Origin: Octopus sinensis
Lineage: Eukaryota
Length of the DNA: 64,000 nt
Direction of reading: 5' to 3'
Assembly: GCF_006345805.1 (NCBI RefSeq)
Contig: NC_043013.1
Span: 57,970,001 to 58,034,000, forward strand
Shown: positions 27,451-39,704 of the stretch, in pieces
Position numbering within the stretch: the first letter of the stretch is position 1
Layout of the letters: every line of letters begins with the position of its first letter
The notes under the pieces: generated by a model
What the model was told of the DNA's origin: nothing
The model's input: the letters and a program-made list of their open reading frames with translations, nothing else
The model's database searches: none
Made by a program: the position numbers and the translations under genes

Positions 27451-27720
27451 TAAAGTAGTTGTATACTGTCAACTTAATGTGACAGTCCCATGAAGGAAAT
27501 CACACTACTGCTATTTAGCCCTAGGAAGCAGCAACGCTTCCTGTCGGCCTTGACACATTTCCTATGTCCTTATGTTTACAAGCACCCCTTTGTAAACATA
27601 AGGACACAGGAAATGTGTCAAGGCCGACTGGAAGCGTTGATGCTTCCTAGGGCTAAATAGCAGTAGTGTGATTTCCTTCATGGGACTGTCACATTAAGTT
27701 GACAGTATACAACTACTTTA
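27451..27720. repeat. near-perfect 270-bp palindrome (131-bp arms, 8-nt loop)
   Basis: 27451-27581 is the reverse complement of 27590-27720 with 3 mismatches; the loop is GCACCCCT. Confidence 0.95.
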
Positions 27721-27863
27721 TCGTACCTCTACGCATACATTTCTCAGATATTTAGAAATGTATTATTTCTATATATAGGTAGATATATACATAGATAGGT
27801 AGCTAGCTAGCTAGATACATACATACATAGGTAGGTAGGTAGGTAGGTAGGTAGGTAGGTATA

Positions 27864-27903
<40 letters not shown>

Positions 27904-28440
27904 CATGCCCACACTACGAGAGTCAATCCTTCCCATGGTTGATGTTTAGAAGTGGAATATAATGAAAAAGTAACCTGTGTTTGCAATGCAAAGGTGAAGT
28001 TTCAGCAGGCTCACCATACATCTTTGCAATTCCTCTCTGAATTCTCAGTTTAAATTCCGGTAGAGTTGACTTAACATTCAATCTTTCTCAAATTGATAAA
28101 GAATCTATCAAGAATCGTAGAATGTATCGTAATTTATTACAGCCAAAATTTGTTACAACCAAAGTACTTGGTTTTGTGCTAATGTCGTCAATCAACATTA
28201 AGATAAGCTTCAACAATTCATTTGTAATAGAACGTTTTTTGTCGTTTTATTGATTTCAGTGTCTTCCTAATACGCAGATCATCCGGTACAGAACGCCAAA
28301 CAAATACACAGCTGATTTGATATTGATGTTTCAAATTGACCCTGTTTTTTTTTATTCTATTTGTAAAACAGAATTAATTCAACTTCATCTGTTTTTTTCT
28401 ATTTTGTTTTGTGCCTGTTTTGCATTAGACGAATCGTAAC

Positions 28441-28498
<58 letters not shown>

Positions 28499-28523
28499 TA
28501 ATACTAATAATAATAATAATAAT
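28441..28523. repeat. (AAT)n microsatellite
   Basis: Visible directly; it is the source of the poly-Leu ORF 28385-28591. Confidence 0.95.
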
Positions 28524-29174
28524 TTATATTTTTGATTGAATATATTTATAACAACAAAAATTACTTTTTTTAATATCCTGCTGCAAGACACTAAACAACA
28601 AGTCCTATATCATACACTGACTTGGTGAATTCTAACAGTTCTTTTGTGCTTTCTTTTCTCCATATAGAGGGGGGGGGACAATTTAAACATTTGAAGAAAA
28701 AACAAAAATAAACAGCAAGAAAAAAATCTGCAAAAAATTTTTTCAGAATGTGTTCGCCATATATTTTCAACTGGAAAATATATATATAGAAAAAAAAATC
28801 AGAATATATTCTTTTCGAGTTGTTATTCCAGCACTGATCCTGTATATGTTAGTATTTCCAAAGGCGGAATAGACCATCAGTAAATAAGAAAGCAGTCACT
28901 GTCAGCTTTAAGATTCCACGAAGAAAACTTATTTTTAAATGAGACGGCAAAATAGAAAATAGAAAACTGAAAATGACGAAGGGAAGGCAAAATTGCTTTG
29001 GGCGTGTTTGTTGAGTTTGTGTTTGTTGTTCAGTTTTGTGCATTGGGGAATGAATGATGTCTTGAAAAGTAAACAAAGATATTGTGAAGACAGCGAGAAA
29101 ACTGCAGTAGTGTTGTGGCTAAAGTATATTAGAATAAGAAAGCAATGGTTTATAATCATAGCAGTGGTGGAAAG

Positions 29175-29331
29175 AATTTGGAAAGAATGATAATGTAGTG
29201 ACGTGGTATGAAGGCAAAATCGCATAACAAAGACAAGAAACATGATAGAGCAACAACGAAAGCTACGGAATGTTCGTGTGTTAAATAGAAATATGTGTAC
29301 AGATGCTTCTTGTTATCATTATGTATTTAAC
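29175..29331 (+). repeat. 157-bp direct repeat, copy 2
   Basis: See 26381-26537. Confidence 0.9.
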
Positions 29332-29457
29332 TTTTACAAATTGACTCAAAAACTCTGGTCGAAAAGTTGTTTCGATACCCACTTTTTACAGACCCATTCA
29401 CACCCTTACACATATACATGCACACACGCATGCACACACACACACACACACACACAC

Positions 29458-32400
29458 AAATGAAATATAAGTTTTCAAAACGCGCAGCAAAATACCGTAC
29501 ATCATACGTTGTCCTGTTAATAATAAAAGGTCCTGAAAAGCCAGCCAAACATTACTAATTATCTGCGTACTAGTAAGACTACGATTTTCAAATGGTATCT
29601 ATGAATATCGTTGCGAGATATTTATAAATGCGAGATATTTATAAATGAGATGCAGAGAGAGAGACACCTTCAAAACAGTGAGCAACTATCAATCGATTAA
29701 TTGAAGCCACAGCTTGATTAGTACGTTATTTTATCGATCACAGGTGGTTGACAAGCGTAGTTACCTTTGGCAAAATTCAAACTTTTTAACGTAAAGACCA
29801 ACATATAATCGATTACACAGACATAGTGTATGTATCTTGCTTATATGCCCCTTTGCTGTGGCCTAGCGCCAGCGAAAATCTCCTTTCGCGATGCAAGTGT
29901 TAAAAACACTGACTTACTTATGTTTCAGATTATTGATTCAATTCGTTTCGAGGCGAGCTCTGTAAATGGGATTAATAAGTCAGAATAACGGCGAAATAGC
30001 GGTATCTACCAATCTCGGTCATTCGAAGCGATTTGCCTCACGTGATCCAGGATATTCGGTGTTCTTTAACAATCGGTGTCGTGTAGCGAGATTTTCCCGA
30101 ACGCTATCCCGCAGCAAATGGCCATATAAAGAAAACAACACATACACTGTATGTTCGAACGATATTGTTTGTGTTATTAGCGGAAATTTCCTACATGTTT
30201 ATCAAACATGCACAAATGATAACGAAATGTTTTTTTCAACTTTCCATTTCGTTACATAACTACAGAAACAATGCTTCCAGAATTTTCAAATCTAAAATGT
30301 ACCTCACACATCAATACAACTATAACAACGACTACATACTTGATTGTAATACTGCACTAAGCAGATGTGCTTCTACAGGAAAGAGCTTCAATTATTCGCT
30401 GCACACACACACACGGTGTGCATGAGTTTGTGTGTATACATAAGCATACAATGAATATCCTATAGTTTGAACACTGCTCTGCTGCATCAGGTCTGAGCTG
30501 GTTTAAACGACAATAACATTGGCGCTAAACATAGAGGGGACAGACAAACGGATTATGTCGATTACATCGACCCCAGTGCGTAACTGGTACTTAATTTATC
30601 GAACCCGAAACGATGAAAGGCAAAGTCGACCTCGGCGGGATTTGAACTCAGAACGTAACGGCAGACGAAATACGGCTACGCATTTCGCCCGGCGTGCTAA
30701 CGGTTCTGCCAGGTCGCCGCCTTAATTTCGCCCAGCGTGCTAAAATTATCATACACGCAAGCTAAATTAAACTTTTTTTTAAATACGATACCTATCCTGG
30801 ATGCCAACAACTATACGTGTTTATTACAATGAATATCTCTGTAAGAAGTGAACCGGAATATTATGATTACTTACAAAATTTGGCAAGTTTGGCGGTTTTT
30901 CATTTTTTTTTTTTTTGTTTCTGCACTTACAATTGTCTGCTTATATCGACTGTATGTTATATTTTAAGGGTTAATACCTGAAGAATCTGGCGAGACGTTG
31001 AACCACTTAGAGGCTTCCTCATCGGCAGTTTTCGAATTTGTCATCATTTCACAACTCTGATTCTAATACTGATCCGTTACACATAGAAACACACACACAC
31101 ACACACCACACACACACACCACACACACACAAATGAAATATAAGTTTTCAAAACGCGCAGCAAAATACCGTACATCATACATTGTCCTGTTAATAATAAA
31201 AGGTCCTGAAAAGCCAGCCAAACATTACTAATTATCTGCGTACTAGTAAGACTACGATTTTCAAATGGTATCTATGAATATCGTTGCGAGATATTTATAA
31301 ATGCGAGATATTTATAAATGAGATGCAGAGAGAGAGACACCTTCAAAACAGTGAGCAACTATCAATCGATTAATTGAAGCCACAGCTTGATTAGTACGTT
31401 ATTTTATCGATCACAGGTGGTTGACAAGCGTAGTTACCTTTGGCAAAATTCAAACTTTTTAACGTAAAGACCAACATATAATCGATTACACAGACATAGT
31501 GTATGTATCTTGCTTATATGCCCCTTTGCTGTGGCCTAGCGCCAGCGAAAATCTCCTTTCGCGATGCAAGTGTTAAAAACACTGACTTACTTATGTTTCA
31601 GATTATTGATTCAATTCGTTTCGAGGCGAGCTCTGTAAATGGGATTAATAAGTCAGAATAACGGCGAAATAGCGGTATCTACCAATCTCGGTCATTCGAA
31701 GCGATTTGCCTCACGTGATCCAGGATATTCGGTGTTCTTTAACAATCGGTGTCGTGTAGCGAGATTTTCCCGAACGCTATCCCGCAGCAAATGGCCATAT
31801 AAAGAAAACAACACATACACTGTATGTTCGAACGATATTGTTTGTGTTATTAGCGGAAATTTCCTACATGTTTATCAAACATGCACAAATGATAACGAAA
31901 TGTTTTTTTCAACTTTCCATTTCGTTACATAACTACAGAAACAATGCTTCCAGAATTTTCAAATCTAAAATGTACCTCACACATCAATACAACTATAACA
32001 ACGACTACATACTTGATTGTAATACTGCACTAAGCAGATGTGCTTCTACAGGAAAGAGCTTCAATTATTCGCTGCACACACACACACGGTGTGCATGAGT
32101 TTGTGTGTATACATAAGCATACAATGAATATCCTATAGTTTGAACACTGCTCTGCTGCATCAGGTCTGAGCTGGTTTAAACGACAATAACATTGGCGCTA
32201 AACATAGAGGGGACAGACAAACGGATTATGTCGATTACATCGACCCCAGTGCGTAACTGGTACTTAATTTATCGAACCCGAAACGATGAAAGGCAAAGTC
32301 GACCTCGGCGGGATTTGAACTCAGAACGTAACGGCAGACGAAATACGGCTACGCATTTCGCCCGGCGTGCTAACGGTTCTGCCAGGTCGCCGCCTAATTT

Positions 32401-32758
32401 CGCCCAGCGTGCTAAAATTATCATACACGCAAGCTAAATTAAACTTTTTTTTAAATACGATACCTATCCTGGATGCCAACAACTATACGTGTTTATTACA
32501 ATGAATATCTCTGTAAGAAGTGAACCGGAATATTATGATTACTTACAAAATTTGGCAAGTTTGGCGGTTTTTCATTTTTTTTTTTTTTGTTTCTGCACTT
32601 ACAATTGTCTGCTTATATCGACTGTATGTTATATTTTAAGGGTTAATACCTGAAGAATCTGGCGAGACGTTGAACCACTTAGAGGCTTCCTCATCGGCAG
32701 TTTTCGAATTTGTCATCATTTCACAACTCTGATTCTAATACTGATCCGTTACACATAG

Positions 32759-32799
<41 letters not shown>

Positions 32800-32811
32800 A
32801 CACACACACAC
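29458..32811 (+). repeat. tandem duplication with a 1673-bp unit (29458-31130 and 31131-32811) bounded by (CA)n tracts
   Basis: Identical ORF pairs are offset by 1673 (29966/31639, 30165/31838, 30519/32192). The copies differ by only a few bases, mostly 1-bp indels. Confidence 0.95.
30527..30723 (-). mobile_element. SINE family A copy (duplicated at 32200-32395)
   Basis: gatgaaaggcaaagtcgacctcggcgggatttgaactcagaacg...gctaacggttctgccaggtcgccgcc is the reverse complement of family A. Confidence 0.85.
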
Positions 32812-33321
32812 AAATGCAAACATCTTATTACGTGCTTTGTGTCTACATGTGTATGTCAGTGTGTTCACATACTGTCTGATGCTAGCATTCAAGTCGATGC
32901 AAGTAAAAATCATTGAACCAGGTACGTTTTGGTGTCTGTCGATCATTGTCCTACAACACTCGGGCAATTTTATATTCTGAATATTGTCAGTTTTGCAGGA
33001 GGAAGTACTCTAGTTTCCCTGTTACACTCACTGGTATCTATTTTTATCTTGTAGATGAGAAATTCGAAGACTGAAAACTCCCGTTTCATTACTTATGCAC
33101 GCTCATAATACGTTCATGTCCATAATTAGCACCATGTATTTTTAATGTAGGACACACATATACATATGTGTGTGTATGTGTATGTGTGTGTATACAGTTA
33201 AATACATAGATACATACATATGTACAATTATATATATATACATACATACACACACATACAAATATATATGGGGAAGTAGGTGTACATGTGTGTGCATGTG
33301 TGTATACACACTTTTGTGCAT

Positions 33322-33359
<38 letters not shown>

Positions 33360-33623
33360 CAATTAAGGACAACTACTTAATAAGGAAAACTTAACAAGAA
33401 ATTGTCAGGTAGATAGCGTAAAAACCTCATAAGAGAAAAAATTTCGAAAATAATTATTTCTTATTGAACATATTAATTTATATATAGAGGGCATTATACA
33501 TACATGCCAGGAGGCATTCTACATACACGCCATAACGCTAGAGGGACAATCAGTCATTTCTACCAAAAATATTACTAATCCCACCGAATGCAATTTTTCA
33601 AAGAAAGACATTTAAAAATATAT

Positions 33624-33671
33624 AGACCTGTATCACAGTGATTTCATACTTACGTAATCATCAGCAGGCCT
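33624..33671 (-). ncRNA. minimal type I hammerhead ribozyme, copy 1
   Basis: Minus strand: AGGCCTG | CTGATGA | T-TAC-GTAA-GTA-T | GAAA | TCAC-T-GTGAT | A | CAGGTCT. Stem I is 7 bp, stem II has a GNRA loop, and stem III is the near-loopless palindrome ATCAC-T-GTGAT. The AUA site is at 33631. Confidence 0.8.
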
Positions 33672-34101
33672 GAATATACTATAAATAAACAACGACCCCG
33701 CTTCGCTTAAGCCGATCAGCTAACTGATCAACATCAACGAAGCACATGGTTGAATTTATATATACTATATCCGGATGAATGGCAAACTTTTACGAATTGC
33801 ATTTCGGGAGAGGAAAAGTTTTTTCGGAATAAAAATTTAGCAATTAAGGACAACTACTTAATAAGGAAAACTTAACAAGAATTGTCAGGTAGATAGCGTA
33901 AAAACCTCATAAGAGAAAAAATTTCGAAAATAATTATTTCTTATTGAACATATTAATTATATATAGAGGGCATTTACATACATGCCAGGAGGCATTCTAC
34001 ATACACGCCATACGCTAAGAGGGACAATCAGTCATTTCTACCAAAAATATTACTAATCCCACCGAATGCAATTTTTCAAAGAAAGACATTTAAAAATATA
34101 T

Positions 34102-34149
34102 AGACCTGTATCACAGTGATTTCATACTTACGTAATCATCAGCAGGCCT
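34102..34149 (-). ncRNA. minimal type I hammerhead ribozyme, copy 2
   Basis: Identical to copy 1. The cleavage nucleotide is 34109, 478 nt from that of copy 1. Confidence 0.8.
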
Positions 34150-34486
34150 GAATATACTGAATGCCTCCTGGCATGTATGTATAATGCCCTCTATATATAA
34201 ATTAATATGTTCAATAAGAAATAATTATTTTCGAAATTTTTTGTCTTATGAGGTTTTTACGCTATCTACCAGACAATTTCTTGTTAAGTTTTCCTTATTA
34301 AGTAGTTGTCCTTAATTGCTAATTTTTATTCCGAAAAAACTTTTCCTCTCCCGAAATGCAATTCGTAAAAGTTTGCCATTCATCCGGATATAGTATATAT
34401 AAATTCAACCATGTGCTTCGTTGATGTTGATCAGTTAGCTGATCGGCTTAAGCGAAGCGGGGTCGTTGTTTATTTATAGTATATTC

Positions 34487-34534
34487 AGGCCTGCTGATGA
34501 TTACGTAAGTATGAAATCACTGTGATACAGGTCT
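34487..34534 (+). ncRNA. minimal type I hammerhead ribozyme, copy 3 (inverted)
   Basis: AGGCCTG CTGATGA (34494-500) TTACGTAAGTAT GAAA TCACTGTGAT A (34527) CAGGTCT. Confidence 0.8.
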
Positions 34535-34671
34535 ATATATTTTTAAATGTCTTTCTTTGAAAAATTGCATTCGGTGGGATTAGTAATATTTTTGGTAGAA
34601 ATGACTGATTGTCCCTCTTAGCGTATGGCGTGTATGTAGAATGCCTCCTGGCATGTATGTATAATGCCCTC

Positions 34672-34703
<32 letters not shown>

Positions 34704-35070
34704 ATGCCAAGCACACAGAGACGTTTAATACAATAAACATCTAACCACACACATCCAAACGGATACTAACGTAGCTCTCTAAATATCCCTAGCCATGTAC
34801 ACTTAACATAATTCAACTGCTTATTCTCGTCATCTGAAGAATACTTTTTACTTCCATTATTTGATCGAATGCTCTCATGATATGGCACTTGTACTAAGAT
34901 AGTTTCAGGTAAATGTCTTCATCCACTTAGCTTTCGTTTCGCCATCGATAGTCTATACTCAATCTTATAAACTTTAAATTGGAGTCAGTTAACCAAATCT
35001 ATACATACACACATACTCACACACGTACATTCATGTATGGTTATAAGTTTGTGTGTATATACGTGTGTGT

Positions 35071-35104
<34 letters not shown>

Positions 35105-36859
35105 TTATGTTCGAATAAATGAATGAAAATTTCTTCTATGACTCTTCAGACTTTATTACACTGAAACCTCGCAAGTACGAACACAAGTTAGTTTCTTTTA
35201 TTCTGTTTAAAATGGTGTGATATACTCAATTACATTCGAGTTTTGTATTGAATTCTTTATTTAACTACTGCTTATTATCCTAGCCAAGAAACCTTAATAG
35301 ATATTTGTTATTTCAAAGATGTTGCAATATATAACTTTTCAGATAAACTTATGACGGTAAATCTGCCAGATAACTTTGGTTAATAAGAGCCACCATTTCA
35401 CTATTCTCTGAAGCAGTTTCTTAGGGCAATATTGGCTGCGTCTGAGTTCATATATGAATAACCAAATGTTATTCGCCTCTCTGGAAGCTCAAGGTGGGTA
35501 ACGTTCCTTTATTGAAAATTTAAGAATACTAGAAACCACTCAGGAACCCTGTTTCTGCTGCCGAGGAACACAATATCCCTGGTGTAAATATTTTCCAGGT
35601 GGAAATATAGACGTATGTGCATGTAAATTATGTATGCAAGTATATACATATAGTAAAAAGCGACAGATATATATATATATATATACACATACATACTCAC
35701 ACACGTGTGTATGTGTACACATACACAAAAAATGTCGCGAAAAATCCACATACGTATACACACATGCACACATATACACGCATCGAGACACTCAAAAGAA
35801 AACATCAAACCCAAAGAAGGAAAATCCAAACTTTTTCTTTAACAAGACATCACAACATACACACCCATTAACACACAGCTGGTCTCATTCCAAACATATT
35901 GAAAGGACATTCAACACAGTACACACACACACATACAAAACACGTTCAATAATCGCTATTAATCGATTCCCTTTTCAAGAACCCACAGCGCTATTTTTTA
36001 AACAACAGACAACTATACCCCTCTCTAACATCTTGAACTATATTTACCAATCTATAAATCTCCAGACATGTTTTTGACCCCCAAACAGAAGATAAACTGT
36101 TTTTACTTGAAACTTTTATAAGTGTTTACTAATATTTGATGAGATTCATAATCGAAACCCGTAATATTCTATATTTAATTTATATAATTTTAAAAATCAT
36201 TCTATTAAATTCTTTCTAAAATGAAATGTCTTAGATTTACTTCCGTGGTATTTTCACTTACATCTTTTCTATATGAACATAATATTTGTACAGATCTCAC
36301 GAACGCACGCACGTACACATATACATATATATAGGATTTAGTATCCGAATGTAGGAAGTCGGTAAGCTTTTATGAATGAGTCGCAGGTTTAGAGGACAAA
36401 AACCTTGCAGTATACTATAAGTTACAATGATATTTTATTGACATTGAGAGTTACTGACTGTTTCTATATCGAGAAAATTTGATAAACTGTACAGCTCGCA
36501 GTTAGCAGGTGTAAGTTGCTAAAATTGCGAATAAAAATCCAAATTGAGGAGGGAAACAGGTAAAATGCATGTTGCATATGCTTCTTAGCCAGCTGAATCT
36601 CGTGATGCAATTGGTATCAGTACTGTTCTAGTGTCTCATTTATTCTGCTTGATAAGGCCCTAATTTTCTATAAAACTTCTGACCGTTCTAGGAGGGCTGG
36701 GAACAGTATTCTAGCGGCCTCTCAATCCGTTATCAAGTTTGATAAGAACTTTTGGGCCCGCAAGGACAAACCCATTTACTCCGACATTCCAATCAGGGCT
36801 AGTGATTTGGCCCAGATGCATGACGCAGGATACAAAAACCATTGGTACCTGTGCCTATA

Positions 36860-37484
36860 CCCTGATGCCATTCCCTCAACCTGCACCAACCTTTTTGGAA
36901 CACATATGACCGAACTCTCTGATTGAGGCCTACAGCACCCCAAACCATGATGCTTAGTCCATCACCTCTCTCTGTGATACATACGTCCCTGTAGCATTCG
37001 CCCCGCCTACGTCACACTCTAACTCTGCCATCCGAGGTGAAAATGCAGTATCGACTCTGGTCAGAGAAGACTATCGATCTCCGTCGTTGATGCCGTCAAT
37101 ATCGGTGCTGTGTATCTCACTGTAGTCGTGCCTGACGGTGGCGGGCGGTGAGGACAGGCACTCGTTCAGGACGACGGCTGCGCAGGTTGTTGCCGGACAG
37201 TCGACGCCGTACCGTGTCGTCGCTGTCCAGTACCAATGGTCTCGCGAGCTGTCACACTGACCGGTCGGTTGCAGTTGGATGAAGTGGTCATGACTAGGCG
37301 TGGTCACCCGGGGGCGCCCTCTGCGGGCGCAGTCTACAGTACTGTTAGTGTTGTTGTATCTCTGTTGCAGGTGATAGATGGTGCTGATATGGACATTATA
37401 AGCTTTCGCAACAAACGGGGCACGCTGCCCTGCTTGCAATAGGCCGATAGCTTGTTCTGTCTGTGCTGCTGACAATCGGGTCAT
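36860..37484 (-). mobile_element. Tc1-family transposase remnant
   Basis: MTRLSAAQTEQAIGLLQAG...RRGRPRVTTP (HTH region), then after a frameshift DTVRRRL..NLRSRRP...LTARHRQARL...IVFSDQSRY...DGRVRV*RRRGE...SIMVWGAV, with several stops. Confidence 0.85.
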
Positions 37485-37559
37485 ACCTGATGCGTCCAAA
37501 TTCCAAAAGCCAGGAACATCACCAAATACATACATACACACCCCAGCCTGTGAAACACA

Positions 37560-39400
37560 TAGATTAAGTCTATTTATGGATATCCTCCTGAAACCCTTCC
37601 TTAAACACATCGATAGTCATAACAGAGATGACTTAGATATGTTAAACCACCTTCCAAAAAAGTCAAGGAAGAAACAATCATGGTTTCATTTGATGTAGTT
37701 AATTTATATACCAGTACTCTTCATAATTATGGACTAAAGGCAATACCAATTTCCGGAAGAAATACCAAAAAGGATCAGTAAAGAATTCATTACTAAATCG
37801 GTTGAATTCATCCTACAAAATAACCACTTCATGTTTGACAATACGTTTTACCGTCAAAAATCCGGAGTTGCTATGGGTACAAGGGCAGCACCAGTCATTG
37901 CGAACCTAACAATGGACTACCTGGAAATAATTATATACCAGGAATCTTTATCGACCTTTGGAAACCCCCTTTCTCAATACATAAAAGAGAATTGGAAAAG
38001 ATTCCTGGACGACTGTTTTATACTCTGGAGTGAAAACACAGATAAACTCCTAAAATTCAAAAACATATTGAACAACATCAACCCAAATATACATTTCACA
38101 ATGGAGTACAACCAAAAGGAGCTTCCATTCTTAGATATACTAATTAAAAACATTAACCTTAAAATAGAAACAGACATTTTTTTACAAAGCCACAGACGCC
38201 AAACAATACCTACTTTTTGATTCATGCCACCCAAGACACACTAAAACAAACATCCCCTTCAACCTTGCAAGAAGGATAGTGTCAGAACAAAATACCAGGA
38301 ACTTTAGACTGCAAGAATTCAAAATCACCCTAATTAACAGACACTACCCAGTTCAACTCATAGAGGATGGGATCAGACGTGCAACAGAAATCGACATAGA
38401 AACTTTGAGAAAAGTTCAACACACCTTCCCCGAAAATACTGCCTTACATATCTACATACAACCGCAAAAACAAAGAAACCTTCACCATCATCACCCAGAA
38501 TTTTTACCAATACTTCATACGGACCCCAAATTAAAGTAAATTCTAAACATACATAAAATCATTAAAATCTTCAAACAACCTAAATCACTTAAACAGATTC
38601 TCACAAAGGCAAAATTGTTTTCTGAAATTACGGATGCAAAAGTAGAAAAATGTAATAGACCAAACTGCGCAACATGCCCAAACCTTCTAGAAAGATCAGA
38701 ATTCCTCTTCAAAGAGGGACAAAAATTCAAGATCAGATCTAATTTTACTTGTGCTTCTGTAAACATAATTTATGTCATAAGATGCTCGGGCTACCACCAA
38801 TACTACGTAGGGTTCACGGGATTATCAGTGAGACGCAGATGCACACTGCATCTTCAACAGATTGCATTACCAAAATACAGAATGATACCATTTAGTGAGC
38901 ATATTGAGAAATGCGCAAAGCAACTACTACCACAATTTTTTATCTTTCCATTCTATCAATGTGCTATTGGAACACCAACACAAATTAGATTAAACAAGGA
39001 AGCATTCTTCATTGAAAAATATAAGCCTGAACTTAACCATCCTAACATTCTTATACAGAGAAACTCATCTCATTAAAAAAAGGGAAAAATACAAAGCGAT
39101 TATCTCCCTTATACCGAAAGAAATCCCTTATTACCTCCCCCTACCTGGAACTCTTCCTTGCACTTCATAACGAAGACCTGACACGATGTAGGTAAAGAAA
39201 TTTGAGAAATTTGAAAAGTTTACACGAAACCGGTTATTTCTCCAAAAACTATGTTACTATACACACAATTTTATAACATTTTTCTCACATAACGACATAA
39301 ATATATTCTTTAACCTTATAAAACAAGCCTTCTGTAGTTTTTTTCACTCTTTTCTATTTTTTATACATCCAATCACGTGCTTTCCCACACCAACTTTCTC
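37560..39400 (+). mobile_element. Penelope-like element (Neptune-like): frameshifted RT plus GIY-YIG
   Basis: LFMDILLKPFLKHI..RDDLDMLNHLP; SFDVVNLYT; FYRQKSGVAMGTRAAP...WKRFLDDCF (37831-38220); KCNRPNCATC...CASVNIIYVIRC...YYVGFTG...KEAFFIEKYKPELN (38615-39076). Confidence 0.9.
39204..39242 (+). ncRNA. inactivated minimal hammerhead in the PLE 3' end
   Basis: GAGAAAT | TTGAAAA (C3>T, G8>A) | GT-TTAC-AC | GAAA | ACCGGT palindrome | T | ATTTCTC. Stem I is a perfect 7 bp, about 130 bp after the GIY-YIG stop. Confidence 0.65.
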
Positions 39401-39401
39401 A

Positions 39402-39438
<37 letters not shown>

Positions 39439-39441
<3 letters not shown>

Positions 39442-39594
39442 ACTTATAAACAAGGGCAAATTTCTATGCCAATATGCTGATAACAGACTTTTAAATCGTC
39501 AATTTCCACTTATATACCCACTACACGATTTAAAAGTCTGTTAACAGCATATTGGCATAGAAATAATTTTCTTTTGCCCTTGTTTATAAGTTGT
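39439..39594. repeat. 156-bp hairpin (about 60-bp arms, 25-nt loop)
   Basis: ACAACTTATAAACAAGGGCAAA-TTTCTATGCCAATATGCTG-A-TAACAGACTTTTAAATCGT pairs with 39525-39594, with one 9-nt bulge and one mismatch. Confidence 0.9.
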
Positions 39595-39704
39595 TTAAAA
39601 TTTTAATCTTAAAGGTATTTTAATATGCTGCCACTTTTTTGTTGAATTTTTTTCTGTAAAAAAACTTCATCTTATATTATAGTAGTGTGTATATATATAT
39701 ATAT

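Larger units (their letters stand above)
33359..34680. mobile_element. ORF-less ~480-bp HHR-bearing repeat (retrozyme-like or PLE pLTR-derived): 1.66 tandem units plus 1.08 inverted units, flanked by (TA)n
   Basis: The unit start GCAATTAAGGACAAC is at 33359 and 33840. The second unit breaks at 34158, and 34159-34680 is the reverse complement of 33478-33997. Each unit carries an HHR. Confidence 0.85.

Noticed and set aside
29930-29990. Minus-strand CTGAC...GAG/CTC GAAA with a 6-bp stem I (also in the duplicate)
   Set aside because: It requires assuming an ~18-nt insertion in the core and a broken stem III.
34829-34885. CTGAAGA with GTCAT/ATGAT stem I
   Set aside because: A15.1 is absent and there is no stem II.
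37071-37610. 179-aa ORF as an intact gene
   Set aside because: Only the middle part is Tc1 transposase; the true frame shifts and contains stops.
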